DNA of 58,562 bases, the filler included, from Sphacelaria rigidula (lineage: Eukaryota), in NCBI GenBank assembly GCA_964200075.2. It is 8 parts of 8 records of this genome, joined end to end, with 100 filler letters (N's around TTAATTAATTAA, not from the genome) between each part and the next. Parts side by side here need not be neighbours in the genome. Positions count along the whole stretch, not along the records: positions 43,999 to 51,230 come from CAXNAA020015845.1; positions 51,331 to 58,562 come from CAXNAA020015846.1; 6 more parts are not named here. One strand, 5' to 3'. Each line of letters begins with the position of its first letter. Position 1 is the first letter of the stretch. A program made the position numbers and the translations under genes. Below are positions 46,674 through 58,562 of the stretch, one piece after another. The notes below the pieces were generated by a model. That model searched no databases and was not told where the DNA came from. It was given only the letters and a program-made list of their open reading frames with translations.

Positions 46674-48607
46674 GGTGACGGTGCTGATGCTGTTGGAGCA
46701 TGAGGTGCAGATTCATCCCGCGGGGAAACAGCGCGCGTCATAGTTGGGATAGGATGGGATCGAAGATATTCAACCTCCTCAAGAAGCACGAATGCGCTGC
46801 GACCAGGAGCGCACGGGAATTCATCACATTTAGAAGCTTTTTTTATAGATAGACAACGTCCTGTTTTTTCACTTCCCATGACTTCGATGCAGAGGCTTTC
46901 CCTGGGGTTGGGTGTCATTCATCGGACCAATCCCAAATACGAGGTGCCTCGATACACCTCCAAGAATGAAAAGTTATTGAATTGGCTTCATGTTTGTCAG
47001 CGTTTTGACCCGGTTGGGCACGTGTTCATGTACAGTCGTTGGAATCCGGTCCATGAATGGATGGGACCCACCATTCCGTACTGCAAAGATGGGATTTGAT
47101 GCGTGTACTGGGAAAATTCTCAAAAGTGGAACTCTGGTATCCAATATGCTCTTCAGTTGGATCCAGGCCCGTGACCGATATATACACTTGAGGGAAGTGT
47201 TCGCGGTCAGGAGGATCGGATGTACTTCTACATCACAACGGAGCTAAGAAAAGGCGGAGATTGCCAAACAGAAGTCTTCACCGGGAGTAGCTGTGTGTCT
47301 TCGTACTTAAAACATACCAAGTTGTTCGAGTCGCACACAAGGTTCCGTACACCACGTACACCACAGCTGCGTATATTGCAATGACACGGGATACGTCCCG
47401 CTACCAGCGGTGTTGGCGAATGTGTCTACAGTGCTGCCGTCCTTCGCCACGCTTTACAGCATTTCTTGAGTATACTGTAGCGATATGCTTTACTGCGTGA
47501 GTCAGTGGTGAAATAAATCAAACGTCACACGTTCCAGTTTGCTTCGAAACATCCTCAATGCTCTATATTTGACCGCGACTGTGTCGAGAAAAAACACGAA
47601 GATTCATATCTCAGCAAGCACGCTTGCTGACCAAGAAGTGATATGTGGTATATAGTGAGGCACGCAAATTCTTGCACAGCTTCCCCTCTCTGCAGACCTT
47701 CTGCAATGCCAGCTCGAGAGAAGCTGCTCAGTTAGAGTTGTGTACTTCAGATAACAGTACTCGCAGATCAAACTACTGTTACATCTTGTCGGAAACCGCA
47801 ACTCTCACCAAAGTCGGTCTGATTCCACCTAATGCTAGGAAATAACCATTAAATCAACAACATTTTGAGTAAGTATTTTTCGTGAATCATCAATCTCTGA
47901 GTCCTCACAGCTCCCTCCCCTCCCTGGGATTTAATTTTCCCTGCTACATTCATCGTGTCCATCTCTACGGTGAGAGAAAAAAAAAGCCACGGCACTTCGA
48001 ATGGAACAAAAACTTGCAGCAATGAAAGCGTGAAGAGATTCGAACCCGAATGTACACAACCATGCATAAATCTCTTCCGCCGACTGCTTCGAGACCGATC
48101 AATCCCACGACCCTGGACACTTTGGCATAACCAAAACGGAACCACAACAAGCACCCCAGCACGTCCCAGGACAAAACGGCACCAAAAACAACCGAAAAAC
48201 ACAAGATTCATCTGTGGGGACCGCAACCTTGGCCAGAAAAATATGTCAGCTCTCCACGTGCTGCACGTGATCAGCGGGTTACGCTGTAGTTTACAGGGTA
48301 TACACCTCAAGACACGTCCCTAAAAAACGTGGTTTACTCCCCCCCCAACTCCCAACTCCCAAAATGTTCGACGACAAGATACACCACGACGCCCAACTCG
48401 GCGCAACAGATCAGGGGAAAATATTTATCCGAGCGGTGTATTGCTCCTCAAACACGCCGTTTCGCGCAGGACTCATCCTGCAGTACGCTACCTTCATTCA
48501 TTTATCGACAAGACGAAAAAAAAACGGTGATGGGAATCCAATCCAACCGCTCTTTCGCCGCCGGTGCGACATTCCCCCCCCCCGTCATAATCAAGGGTGG
48601 GTGGGTA

Positions 48608-49920
48608 CTAGCTGCCCGAGAGAAGGGCATTTATTGCCGCCGTTTCATCCCAATCATTGGATGCTAATGCCCTCCTGGCCTGGGCCTCAGGGAAGCCCAT
48701 GTCGCACACCCGTCGCACCACGTCCTCGTTTCCTCCCGGATCGCGCACCTATACAAGAAACAAATCAGAACAAAAGAGCAGCAACAACGTCAATGACAGT
48801 GATGAAAACATGAGTAACAGGCATAGTTTTCATATACCGGAACACATGGAATCAAGAACTTTGAAAAAAGGAGGTACTGCGTGAAGTATACTGTAGGTCC
48901 ATGCTTTACTAATACAATAGCAACAGGCCTATATTTCATGCAGTATACCTTTTTAATTGCAACTATTGACCACATCTTGTCCAGGGTAAGCATGGTGTTC
49001 ATTTCGTTTTGGTTACTCTCGCTGCCAGTTCGTCTCATCGAAGAGCAAAGCGCCGATCACAATTGTTCGACGATCGTCGGGCAAAAAATGGGCGCGCGCA
49101 CGCAACGGAGGGGGTATTTCATTCCGTGAGCATTGCAAGACGCCGCCGCGTCCCAGTGGTGGGTGTAATGGTCTGCCTGTCGCCATTAGGGTGGAGAGAA
49201 CGAAGGTTCGATTCTCGATGCATTGGGTTTTTTCTCCCGTCATGACTGATTTCCACCGTGGAAAGCGTGAGAACGTGAGTAAACACAGTAGTCGACTGAG
49301 CTTGTTTGACGTGAGTTGACGCGGTGCGGGAGTTCTGACCCAATCCGCGAGACCAAAATGTCAGGCGCGTACCGGGCGAGAGATGGGTTGATCCCTTGAG
49401 ACCATCTACACCACGGACTCAGCCCGAGCGAGGGCAAGAGTTCAAAGTGCGAAAAAAAACAAAAAACGAGGACGTAGTTTCTCCAATGAAGGCCAGGCTC
49501 CGCGACCTAGAACTCAAGTTCCACGGTGCGCTGAGGGCGAGGGGAAAACAAACAAACAACATTTTCGCAGTTGGGAACGGTTTTGGGTTCGCTCTGTAGA
49601 AAGATTTTGGAACCAGTTTCAGCGATGACCCTGTACAAGGCGAAGGAAGTGTTCTACTGTTACCAGTATAAAATATATTTCCGACAACGTCGCACCATAG
49701 TGAATCGTTTGAGACTGTGGCCATTGATCGAACACAAATCTGTGACACACGACACACACGCGCAGTTCCCTCAGGATAGCGAGAAAAAAAAACAGGGGAT
49801 ACGCGTGATCCTGCCTCTACCCTAACGTTCACCTACCTGGGCGTACGTCTCCGTCCAGAATTTGGCGGTTTGGTTATAAGTTTCGCGGTTCATCTTGTAC
49901 ATATTGGCCACTTCTGCGTC
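48608..49920 (-). CDS. UBE2K: Ubiquitin-conjugating enzyme E2 of the UBE2K/Ubc1 class (last two exons: E2 C-terminus and UBA)
   Basis: Exon 49920-49837 DAEVANMYKMNRETYNQTAKFWTETYAQ; exon 48748-48608 VRDPGGNEDVVRRVCDMGFPEAQARRALASNDWDETAAINALLSGS* (UBA MGF motif). E2 plus C-terminal UBA is characteristic of this class. Confidence 0.92.
49140..49440 (+). mobile_element. tRNA-headed SINE family A copy in the UBE2K intron
   Basis: A-box-like tgggtgtaatgg (49160-49171), B box ggttcgattc (49205-49214); colinear with 668-972. Confidence 0.8.
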
Positions 49921-50263
49921 CTGCAATGAGCGTGGACACAATTGAAAGCACATCGAAGACGAACGGGATACTACGATGAGGGAGAAGTCAAGGTGATGCC
50001 AAAGCCGCTTGGAAAGCACGTCATCATCTTTTCAACACGGTTCTATAAAAAGCACGGGCGGCGTATCCATCTCAAGTGGCGAAGATCCAACATCCACACC
50101 GTCGCGATCAAAACTTAAACCTCGAGTTCGTGAGAAGCAAAGCACCTACACTCCCACCTAGAGCATCATTCAACGACTTGTCACACGTCGCACACCTCAG
50201 GAGCTACCTAATGAATACTTCTTATTAGTGTACTGATCCGGATCATGAGCGAAGCTCATTTGA

Positions 50264-50398
50264 ACACCCTGAACAACAGATTGCATCGTCAAAATTGTAC
50301 TGCGTATAGTATGGGGTGTACTGTCTATTGCAATAAACGCAATATCCCATACTATACGCAGTACACTTTTTGGCAATGTAATATTTTGTTCAGGGTGT
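50264..50398. mobile_element. CACCCTGGACAA-TIR MITE copy
   Basis: acaccctgaacaa...ttgttcagggtgt. Confidence 0.75.
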
Positions 50399-50794
50399 GC
50401 TCATTTGATCCCCATTCTTTTATTTGCTCCCTACAGCCTTGGACGCCGAACACGCGCAGTAGCGCAAAGGTATCGCTCTGGTTTCTCTGACCCCACCGTT
50501 ACGAATTTTGTTTTGTTGGGACAAGGGAACCGAGAGTACACTTCGATTAAGTAGCAGAAGTACCTCATGAGCTGTGCGACGTGTATGCAACTTTGCAAAA
50601 ACTAATTTCGGTGAGATTGCCTGCCGAAGTTTTCCGGGAGGCCCTTTCATCGGCAAATGCAAGCACTGAAATTCCGCCTCGTGTGAGAATAATCCCGCGC
50701 CCCTATCGCTGAAACCGGTATCCCAAGAGGCTACTTGAGGCGGATTTCGTGGGTTTGATTCTTGGTAGATACGGTTGGCCCTCGAAATACTCGC

Positions 50795-50986
50795 ACACCC
50801 TGGACAATGCATAGTCAATAGTTGCAATATATCAAATTTGTACAGTGGGGAGTATATGCCCATTGCAAAAAAATTATCGGTAGCAGGCCTGTACAACGGA
50901 CAAAAGTTGCAACAGGCCTGTACTTTACGCGATACATTTTTTTGTCTAATGCAACTGTTGACCATATATGTGTTGTCCAGGGTGTA
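50795..50986. mobile_element. CACCCTGGACAA-TIR MITE copy (longer variant)
   Basis: acaccctggacaatgcatagtcaatagttgcaat...attgcaaaaa...tgcaactgttgaccatatatgtgttgtccagggtgta. Confidence 0.8.
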
Positions 50987-51230
50987 AATACCTGTACAGG
51001 ATATATGGTTGGCGTCGTGGACAACGGGGAGGACGTGAGCAGCCAAGTATTTGTTTCATTATTGTTCCGATATGGAAGCAGACCGGGTGGATCAGTAGTC
51101 AGTCATCATCGAGTGTTCTAGGGTCGAAGCTCTCGAGAGCAGGGCGGCGCGTGTACTGCGCCAAGTTGATAAGGGGTTTTAGTGGGAGCATCCCCCACAT
51201 GATCGGCGCAAGGCGGTCTAGCCGAGCCTT

Positions 51231-51330
51231 NNNNNNNNNNNNNNNNNNNNNNNNNNNNNNNNNNNNNNNNNNNNTTAATTAATTAANNNNNNNNNNNNNN
51301 NNNNNNNNNNNNNNNNNNNNNNNNNNNNNN
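51231..51330. other. Artificial contig-joining spacer 7
   Basis: Same motif. Confidence 0.99.
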
Positions 51331-51383
51331 CTCAACCATCAGAAGGTTACGGGGTTACCAACTGAGCCACCGGGGCGACCGGC
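51331..51383 (-). mobile_element. 5' head of SINE family B (truncated by contig start)
   Basis: ggttaccaactgagccaccggggcgaccggc matches 8130-8160. Confidence 0.75.
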
Positions 51384-51399
51384 ATTAGTATAGAACCTT

Positions 51400-51745
51400 A
51401 TGTGCGCCATTTGTCGAGATAGATTACGAATGAGGTGAAAGTGAGGGTTTCTATCGTCTCCCCGTGCTCCAGGGAAGGTACACACCAAAAATCGTCATCA
51501 TCCGCTTGATCGATCGTTCAGGGTTTTATATAGATTTTAGTGTGGACGCTATCTGTGCTAGGTATAGGAATTACTATACATGGGGTTTACTCGACGAAAA
51601 AAAATTGGCCCAAATGTCTGAGCAGATGGGCACCTTTCCCTTGATTAGACGACTAATACGATATGCGGATCACGGCTCAACTCGTCTATGTCGTTGAGAT
51701 ATCGCTTTGAGAGCTTGAATCCGTTTTTAGGCTGGCCTAGCTCGT
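51400..51745 (+). repeat. Copy of the repeat at 6130-6482
   Basis: Colinear shared motifs. Confidence 0.75.
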
Positions 51746-52852
51746 ACAGGCTAGACAGAGCCGCAGCGGACCGCGGCAGACGCGCGAGAATCAATCGATC
51801 AGGTAAATAAAGCAACACATCGCATCGCCTTTTCCTCGAACACCAGGTCATCATCCAACACCCTTGCTCAACAATCACGGACGTACTCCACAAGGACGAC
51901 CAGACGAATCTCAGACGCCCAAGACGGACACCATCAGGGCCTGGTGATACTTTTGCTCCTTGTTGCTTCCTCCTCGTCGTTGAGTGCTGTTTTTGATACA
52001 AAAATAGTCAAGAAAAAATATGTATTTTTTCGAATTTCTTGACCAACCAACTCGACGAACTCCACGGAGAGAAAAGGTTGTTCAAATAAATATTTATCAC
52101 CTTGCCGCGAGCAAAAAGGTGCTGAACTTTTTCTTCGCCTTCGGCAAATTTTATGACACCGCACTTTTTCCCATTATTTTTTTTTTGGCTACCGCGGAAA
52201 AACAAATGAGCGCGACAAAAATGGCGGTTTCAGTCCAGAGTGTGCGCTAGCGCACGGGTGCACCCGATATCTCAAGCTGGGCACCACATCATCAAATGAT
52301 CCTGCTGGTGAGTGATGATCCTCCTCGGGTTTTTTTTCAATCATTTTTTTTCTGTTCCACCACTTTTTTTTCAAGCATCATATGCGAGCGTAGATATTCC
52401 AGTAGAATTAGCCGGCGTTGGGCTCCAAATTCCCATGGTTGATATGACTCGATTTGAGTGTGTACAATGAGAATCGGATCTATAGAAGGGCTGACAGTCC
52501 CGTGTGCTCCTCGCATGCTCCTCGCGTGCCCCAAACGCGTTTTCGTTCAAATCGGCGGCACAGGCGCCGATTTGGGGTATACCAAGGCCGCACTTTGCCT
52601 AGGAAATGTATGCGCCGCCCTCGCCGGAGGGTTCTGGGCATGCATTGGGCTGGGGTTGGGGTTAGGGGTCGCGATACTTGTAAAATTGTGTCAACCATGG
52701 ACATTTGTAGCCCAGCGACGGTAACCCATCCTCAGATATTCGGACACCGACCAATCATTGACGTATATAGCATACTACAATACCCCATCCCCGCGTTACC
52801 GTTTCCTGGCTGCTCGTGCGCAACCAAGCATGCGCCGCCATGGGATACTCGC

Positions 52853-53372
52853 CTCTTCTTTCACGAGCAAGAGCTCTGCCGACTGCCTATTCATCTTGAC
52901 CCTCTGCGATTTGATCGTCTCCTGGCATTGTTGCTTCTGCCGCTCAAGCTCCGTCATGCGCCCGCTCCTGCGAGCACGAACGAACCGTAGACAGACGGCA
53001 AGTAGAGGAGACATCGACTACACTTATTTTCAACAAAAAAAACGGTGACGGAAAAAATTCAATAATAAAAAAACAGTACAGAAAAAATAATGGGAACGAC
53101 AAGGAGAATAAAGGAAAAGTAAAAACAAGAAAAGAAAGAAGAATAGAAAGAAAAGGGAAAAGAAGAGGGGAAAATAACGAGAAAAGAACAAGAAAAAATA
53201 AGAAAACGATGAAGAAAGACCCGCAAACGTTTCCATCGCAGCCAGAAAAAAGGCCGGAGCACGACATAATATTTCGTAAATTCATGGTCTCTGCACGTGT
53301 GACCTTCGCCCACAATTTTTTTCCACCAGCCGACATAAATAGAAATTCCTTGAAAAATCTTGGGAAAAAAAA

Positions 53373-53410
<38 letters not shown>

Positions 53411-53521
53411 GTGTATCAGTTACCTGAGGTGAAGCTGTTTCCTGGCTTCTGCATTTTCGAGCTCCATACTTCCGTATCGTCGCAGAAGGGCACGGTGTAC
53501 CGCAACAAGCTGCTCTAGCCG
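52853..53521 (-). CDS. Kinesin-1 (KHC)-like C-terminal coiled-coil/cargo-binding exons
   Basis: Exon 53521-53424 RLEQLVAVHRALLRRYGSMELENAEARKQLHLR joins in phase 2 to the exon starting 52967 (SGRMTELERQKQQCQETIKSQRVKMNRQSAELLLVKEE). This resembles the KHC tail LEQLxxVHxQL...E.....K.L..R.ER...LE. Candidate upstream coiled-coil exons at about 56860-56785 and 56402-56346. Confidence 0.72.
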
Positions 53522-54952
53522 CTGATAAACAAAAACAAATACAAGTACGTACGTGAACGCGGGTGGCACCAAGAACAATGGAAAGAGAAGAAACTGAGAG
53601 GAGAACGAAAAAAAAACAGACGACGAGAAAAAGAGAGAGCCACGATTAGACAGTTTCGGATCCCCATACTTTTTTTTTCTTTTTTTCTCGGCGTTACTTT
53701 CTCAGTGTATCAAGATAAAAATCTCACAAAATAGATCGTTTCAGAAACCCGGTTGTGTTTGACACAACAACACCTCAGGAAAAACAGATGACGGGTTTCC
53801 AAAACTGTCCGAATGATGAGATATTCACGGAGAAAAGGTACGCGTGGAAAGAAAGAAGTAAAAAAAAGGGGGCTTTCGAAACTGTCTGTCGAGACTTCAC
53901 AGGACCCAAAACATAAAAAAGGGAAAGAATCCCCACACGAATCTGACGAATGAAAAAAATACAAAAATAGAGCATGTGGAATACGATATTATCAGTTGAA
54001 ATAGAAGGATAAATAAATACAGTAGCAATGAAATGAAACAAAAAAAATGAAATGTAACAAAATCAACAATGTACAGGTGAAATCGATATGCCGAAATCTT
54101 CATCAGTAACACGTGATCATGATATTGACACGACGCAACATGCCTCATCCTCAGAATTATGCACCAGGGGAAACAGTTGAGAGGGGGAAACAAGAGACGA
54201 CAAAGAGATGTTTTTGAAAAAACAAAAAATAAGTTCCAAGCATACTCCCGAGTGCACTTCTACACAAAAAACTCAACACGGTGAGGCGGGGGGCCACCAT
54301 AGTCCGGTCGGTGCCAACCAAAGTCCGACAATTGTTCCAGCACTCGTCACTTTTTTCCTCAATTTTTTTGCCTTCAATTTCTCAGTGCACACTTGTTGTT
54401 TGCTCAATATTTTTGCTTTTTCATCTCTCTTCTCTCTTTCCTTCTTTAGCGAGCGCTCCGGCTTCGTTTTCCTTGGCTACAGCACATACATCTTGTGGAT
54501 GATGACCACGGCTGCATCCATCAGGGATCACTCGAAGTGTGGCGATCGATCAATCAAATATTAATCAAACATGCGCACTGCAGAGTAACACAGCGGTAAC
54601 ACCTAGTTGACAATCCCCAGGTGATAGGCAGGCACCATGCACATACCGACCTCGTGACGAAAATACGAAGAAACATCCGAACCGGGGGTTGGTTTGTACA
54701 GAGTACCAGCACCAGTGCGGTCCAAACTTCGTACCCCATGGCACTTATCTGCTCCGCCACGGCCCCATCGGTACTGGAGCTGATCACAGTATAATACATG
54801 GCGTTTTTCCATCATATCAGCCATACGTCCATGTATCGGCATCTGCAGTGCAGTGTGTCTGTATACAGGGACGCAGCAAGCATATTCATATCATCTCTCG
54901 TCTGCCTTTGGCATGCACCAGGGCATCCTCTCCAGTACTATATCGGGCAACA

Positions 54953-54984
<32 letters not shown>

Positions 54985-57156
54985 TATCAATATAGTTTCC
55001 TTTAACGAGTGTTTCCGTTCTGTTCACCTTGGGTGCAAACAAGATTTATGTTTTGGATCATGACGACGACTGCATACATCCCTCGGAGGTCAGTTCATGC
55101 GCAGTAATCAATCAGTCAGTCAGTCGGCCATTAAGTGCATGTTCGTCCTCCCATCCGTCACACCCTCAGAGCGAAAACGTTTCGGCCATCTTTGATCGTA
55201 AAACTATAATCAGCTGGGAGCTGCAACAGCCCGCAGTGCAGGTTCAGGGTACATCAACAACAATTACTTCAGATTTCCATCGTCAGATGAACGCGTAGGT
55301 GAGAGCAGGAGCTGGGAGGCAAACATGCCACGTCTCGGAATTTCGGTGAAAAAAAAAAAGTGGACGGGCTGCGGTAGTGCCGGTTCAACACTCGAAAACA
55401 CAATTGTAAGCACGGCAGGTACCGCAAGGGAAATAGACGGCTGAATCTCCTCAGACTTCCGATTGCCTTGTCCCTGGGCATGGGTGGGTGGGGGGTGTAT
55501 TCATGACCATGCATGCCTACAAATCCGGGAAGAAGCACACCGGGTTTTCGCCGGACCGGGTTCGCACTCAATCATCAAACGCGAAGCGCCGTGGTGTATT
55601 CGGCGAGTCGCATTCAGCGAGTCGCGTGAAGGGTGAGCTGCATCCTGCTAAGATTGTTCGGTCCGAAGCGTACTGATGATCTTGCATTTGGATGGTAGCC
55701 TCCAATGAATTGCTTTTTTTTCTGGTATCGCCACTTCCAGAGACAGCCACGGCGTTTACACTGCCCCATGGGTGTGCAGCGAGGGGGGAGAGGTAAGAAT
55801 TACTGTACGACAGGCAAAAGAGAGAAGAAACGACAAATCGCCAGTATCACCACACTGCGGCAACGGCAGTGCCTGTTGGCATACCACCACAACATGATGG
55901 GATATCAACCCGTGAAGAAATATATAAACACAAACGGAACAAAATGAGGAGAGCTGTGCGTGTGTTGCGTGGTCTGCTGCGGAACTTCCGGGATGTTTTT
56001 ATTTCTTTTGAGAAAAAAAGTACCGTCGGTTACTCACTCCCTTGTCGACGAGTTCTCGACAGCTGTTTACGACAGTATGCCTGCAACGAGTATATATATA
56101 TTTTTCTTTCTCGAGACTCGAAAACACCTCTCAACCCCCGCGCGCACGCTCTCCCCAGAAGAAAAAACAGAAGAAACAAAACGCACCCATACAATACAGT
56201 AATGGATTCTGAACCACGGTAAAAACAAACGACCGAAAACGAGAACGAGCCAGAAGAAATATATATGTGCGCGCGGGGGAGGAAGGGGGGGGGGGACGAG
56301 TCAAGGAAAGAATAAGCAATATGCATGGAGCCAAGACTGACTGACCGTTTGAATAGCAGCTTTTTCCCTTCGCTCGGCCGCCAGGGTGGCATCGCTTTCT
56401 CCCTGACAAGAGCAAAAGAAAACGAAAGAAAACAAAACAAGAACGAAGAATGAACAATCGGAGAGCATCGGATGGCAACAGACAAAAATACACTCCCTCT
56501 GATTCTCAGTATAAGTGCAACAAGGAACTAAGGCCAAAACTTCAAAACCACGACGGTCAGTTCCCGCCTCAAACATGACTGTTTTCTTCATAGAACGCTC
56601 TGTTTTTTCCCTTTTTGTTGTTGCACAGTATGAAACAAAAGGTAAAATAGCTTCGTATGAATAATAGTCAATTCCACGCGAAAGTATCCAATGTTTTGTC
56701 GTGACTATACTGGCTCCGCCTCAACCAAGCAGAACGCTCCCACTTCCTCCAACACAGTACAATGAGGGCAAGCCAAAACAATCACCATCGACGACTGATA
56801 CTGAACAAGAGATCTCTTCGTCTCTAGAACGACCTCGTTGCTCGACATAAGATCCGACTGCCTGAAGAAAACAGTGATTGCTGAAAGTGTTTCGCCCCGA
56901 AAAGTCTGTCGTTATCCATAATGAGCCTACGCATGCTTCGATGCACCAATATGTGTACTTGGTAGCAAGTGCCGAGTTTCATCAGCAACGACGTATCCTG
57001 CAGGAAAGATCATCATCTCTCTGTGGTCAGAGGGTCATAATGACTAGAACAAACGTATGCTTCCTCCTCCGCCTCAATGTCCTCGGAGATGCAACCATTC
57101 TCCATTTGGGTAAAAATGTTCTTGAAAGCAGGGGAGGGGGGGTACTGATTTGCCTT

Positions 57157-57257
57157 AATGGTCCAACGACCAAGGCAAGCAACGAATGCGTACCCCCCCC
57201 CCCCTCAATGGTCAAACGACCAAGGCAAGCAACGAATGAGTACGCCCCCCCCCCCCT
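57157..57257 (+). repeat. Tandem pair of C-tract-tailed repeat 3' halves
   Basis: aatggtc.aacgaccaaggcaagcaacgaatg.gtac(C)n twice. Confidence 0.85.
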
Positions 57258-57435
57258 CTCCCCAAAAAGAAGGAGGTACCACAGATATATGGGTAGGTGG
57301 TAGTAGGTACGGCAACAGTGAAATGAACCACGATCTAGAACATGATAGCCTTGTGAGGAAAGAGATTGATGAAGTCATACTCCAGTGCAGGTACTTGATA
57401 CCGCGCCTCGGTGGTGTAAATTAAAAAAGGTACAA

Positions 57436-57895
57436 CTGGCATCATTAGGGCAAGGGAAGAAGCACGGTTCGATTCCCACCAAGTACCTCTCGTTTAGCAA
57501 TCATTCTCCAGAAAAGTATGTGATTTCACCCGTTACCGACGTGAGGAGCTGAGTAGTAAGAGGAGCTTGCTCTGCTGAGTTTGTTTGGCGAGAGTTGACG
57601 CCGTGCGGGAGTGCTGATTGATCGATTGTCTAACAATCTACCCCGTGGTCAGGAGCAGCAAAAAAGGGCGGAGTAAGAAAGAAGGATAAGAACGGAAACA
57701 TACAGAAGCAACAGCCACAGAAAGGAAAGAAGAAGGAAGCAGGGACAACAACAATAACAGCACACACAACACAACGAGAGATGATCATCTCGCATTACAT
57801 GCTGATGGTCATGATCCAATCCGCGATATATCGACATACAAGGCGTGTACCGTACAGGGAGAGAGATAAGTTGATCCCTTAAGAGCACGGGCTAG
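57436..57895 (+). mobile_element. Diverged SINE family A copy carrying an internal insertion
   Basis: B box ggttcgattccc at about 57466; body gagttgacgccgtgcgggagtgctgat ... ggtcatgatccaatccgcga...aaggcgtgtaccg...gttgatccctt, split by 57619-57799. Confidence 0.7.
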
Positions 57896-58134
57896 TCCCA
57901 AAGCAGGGGAAAGATTGAAACTGTGACACACACAAGAAAGATGGCTGACGCGAAAAGCCTATCTAATGGTTCATGCGTATAGTTTCAAGATGCTCACTCT
58001 ACCCCCTTCCCCTCGCGGGGAAAGGGGCGGGTACAAGTGTACATGGTCAACTAAACGAGGGCTCAAAACCATATCTTCTGTGGGGAGGTTCATGAAGTTA
58101 GTTGGAGCCGGGGGAGAAGAAGCTGATGACACGA

Positions 58135-58235
58135 ATGTGTTGTCGTCCCATCTATTCTGGGCGCCAGTCTACCCCCTTCGGGATATGTGGGCGCATCAGC
58201 CGGGGTCACACAGGAGCAAGGTCAACACAGGAGCT
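58135..58235 (-). mobile_element. 3' portion of SINE family B
   Basis: tctgggcgccagtctacccccttcgggatatgtgggcgcatcagccggggtcacac matches 7848-7903 and the reverse complement of 1-50. Confidence 0.75.
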
Positions 58236-58397
58236 TTTTCTTTGAATACGTACAAAATATTGCATCAAAGTATTCCCTCGTAAATGCCCCCCGCCCGCCC
58301 CCTGACGGTGGCCACAGAAGGCAAAACAGGACGGGGATAGGATATACAAAAGGCCCTTTGTGTAATGTTGGAGGTGTCTACATCAGGAGTAGGAACA

Positions 58398-58471
58398 GTG
58401 CTCCGTCTCGAAAGGGATGCGTGGTCAATAGTCAAACGACTGTTACAAGGCAAGCAACAAATGAGTACACG

Positions 58472-58520
<49 letters not shown>

Positions 58521-58562
58521 ACCCCCCTCCCCACCTCCTCCCCCTCTCTTACCTCACCCCCC
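58398..58562 (+). repeat. C-tract-tailed repeat copy at contig end
   Basis: gtgctccgtctcgaaagggatgcgtggtcaa...aaggcaagcaacaaatgagtac followed by long poly-C. Confidence 0.85.

Noticed and set aside
49145..49222. tRNA gene
   Set aside because: Head of multi-copy SINE family A; stems are not well paired
44227..53521. Ferredoxin + E2 + kinesin as a functional cluster
   Set aside because: Kinesin is on a different contig, and the other two are ordinary convergent eukaryotic neighbours
52944..54564. Phe/Leu-rich multi-pass membrane ORFs
   Set aside because: Translations of A-rich intronic low-complexity sequence and (CA)n

Overview
This window is not one locus. It is eight unrelated eukaryotic contigs of almost equal length (7234, 7233 x4, 7232 x3 bp) joined by an artificial 100-bp spacer (N44-TTAATTAATTAA-N44), so no neighbourhood inference holds across spacers. 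The DNA is intron-rich and repeat-rich, with short GT-AG exons. It resembles a brown-algal (Phaeophyceae, stramenopile) genome; that assignment is inference from gene and repeat style. Most ORFs in the supplied track are spurious. Seven partial spliced genes can be assembled by hand: a secreted Gly/Met-rich thioredoxin-fold (PDI-b-like) protein, a PKA-like kinase, an EF-hand-like protein, a membrane-anchored low-complexity protein (possibly of a cytidine-deaminase-like family), a short 2Fe-2S ferredoxin, a UBE2K/Ubc1 E2-UBA enzyme and a kinesin-1-like tail. The rest is a dense transposon landscape. A deleted Ty3/Gypsy LTR element (GTAC TSD) sits inside a deleted pogo/Tigger-like element (TA TSD). 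There are also MULE and piggyBac-like relics, two tRNA-headed SINE families, several palindromic MITE families and a C-tract-tailed repeat at contig breaks. I found no CRISPR array, rRNA, intact tRNA or demonstrably new biological system. The best leads are the nested TE structure, the SINE families, an intronic hairpin and the unusual contig-6 protein.
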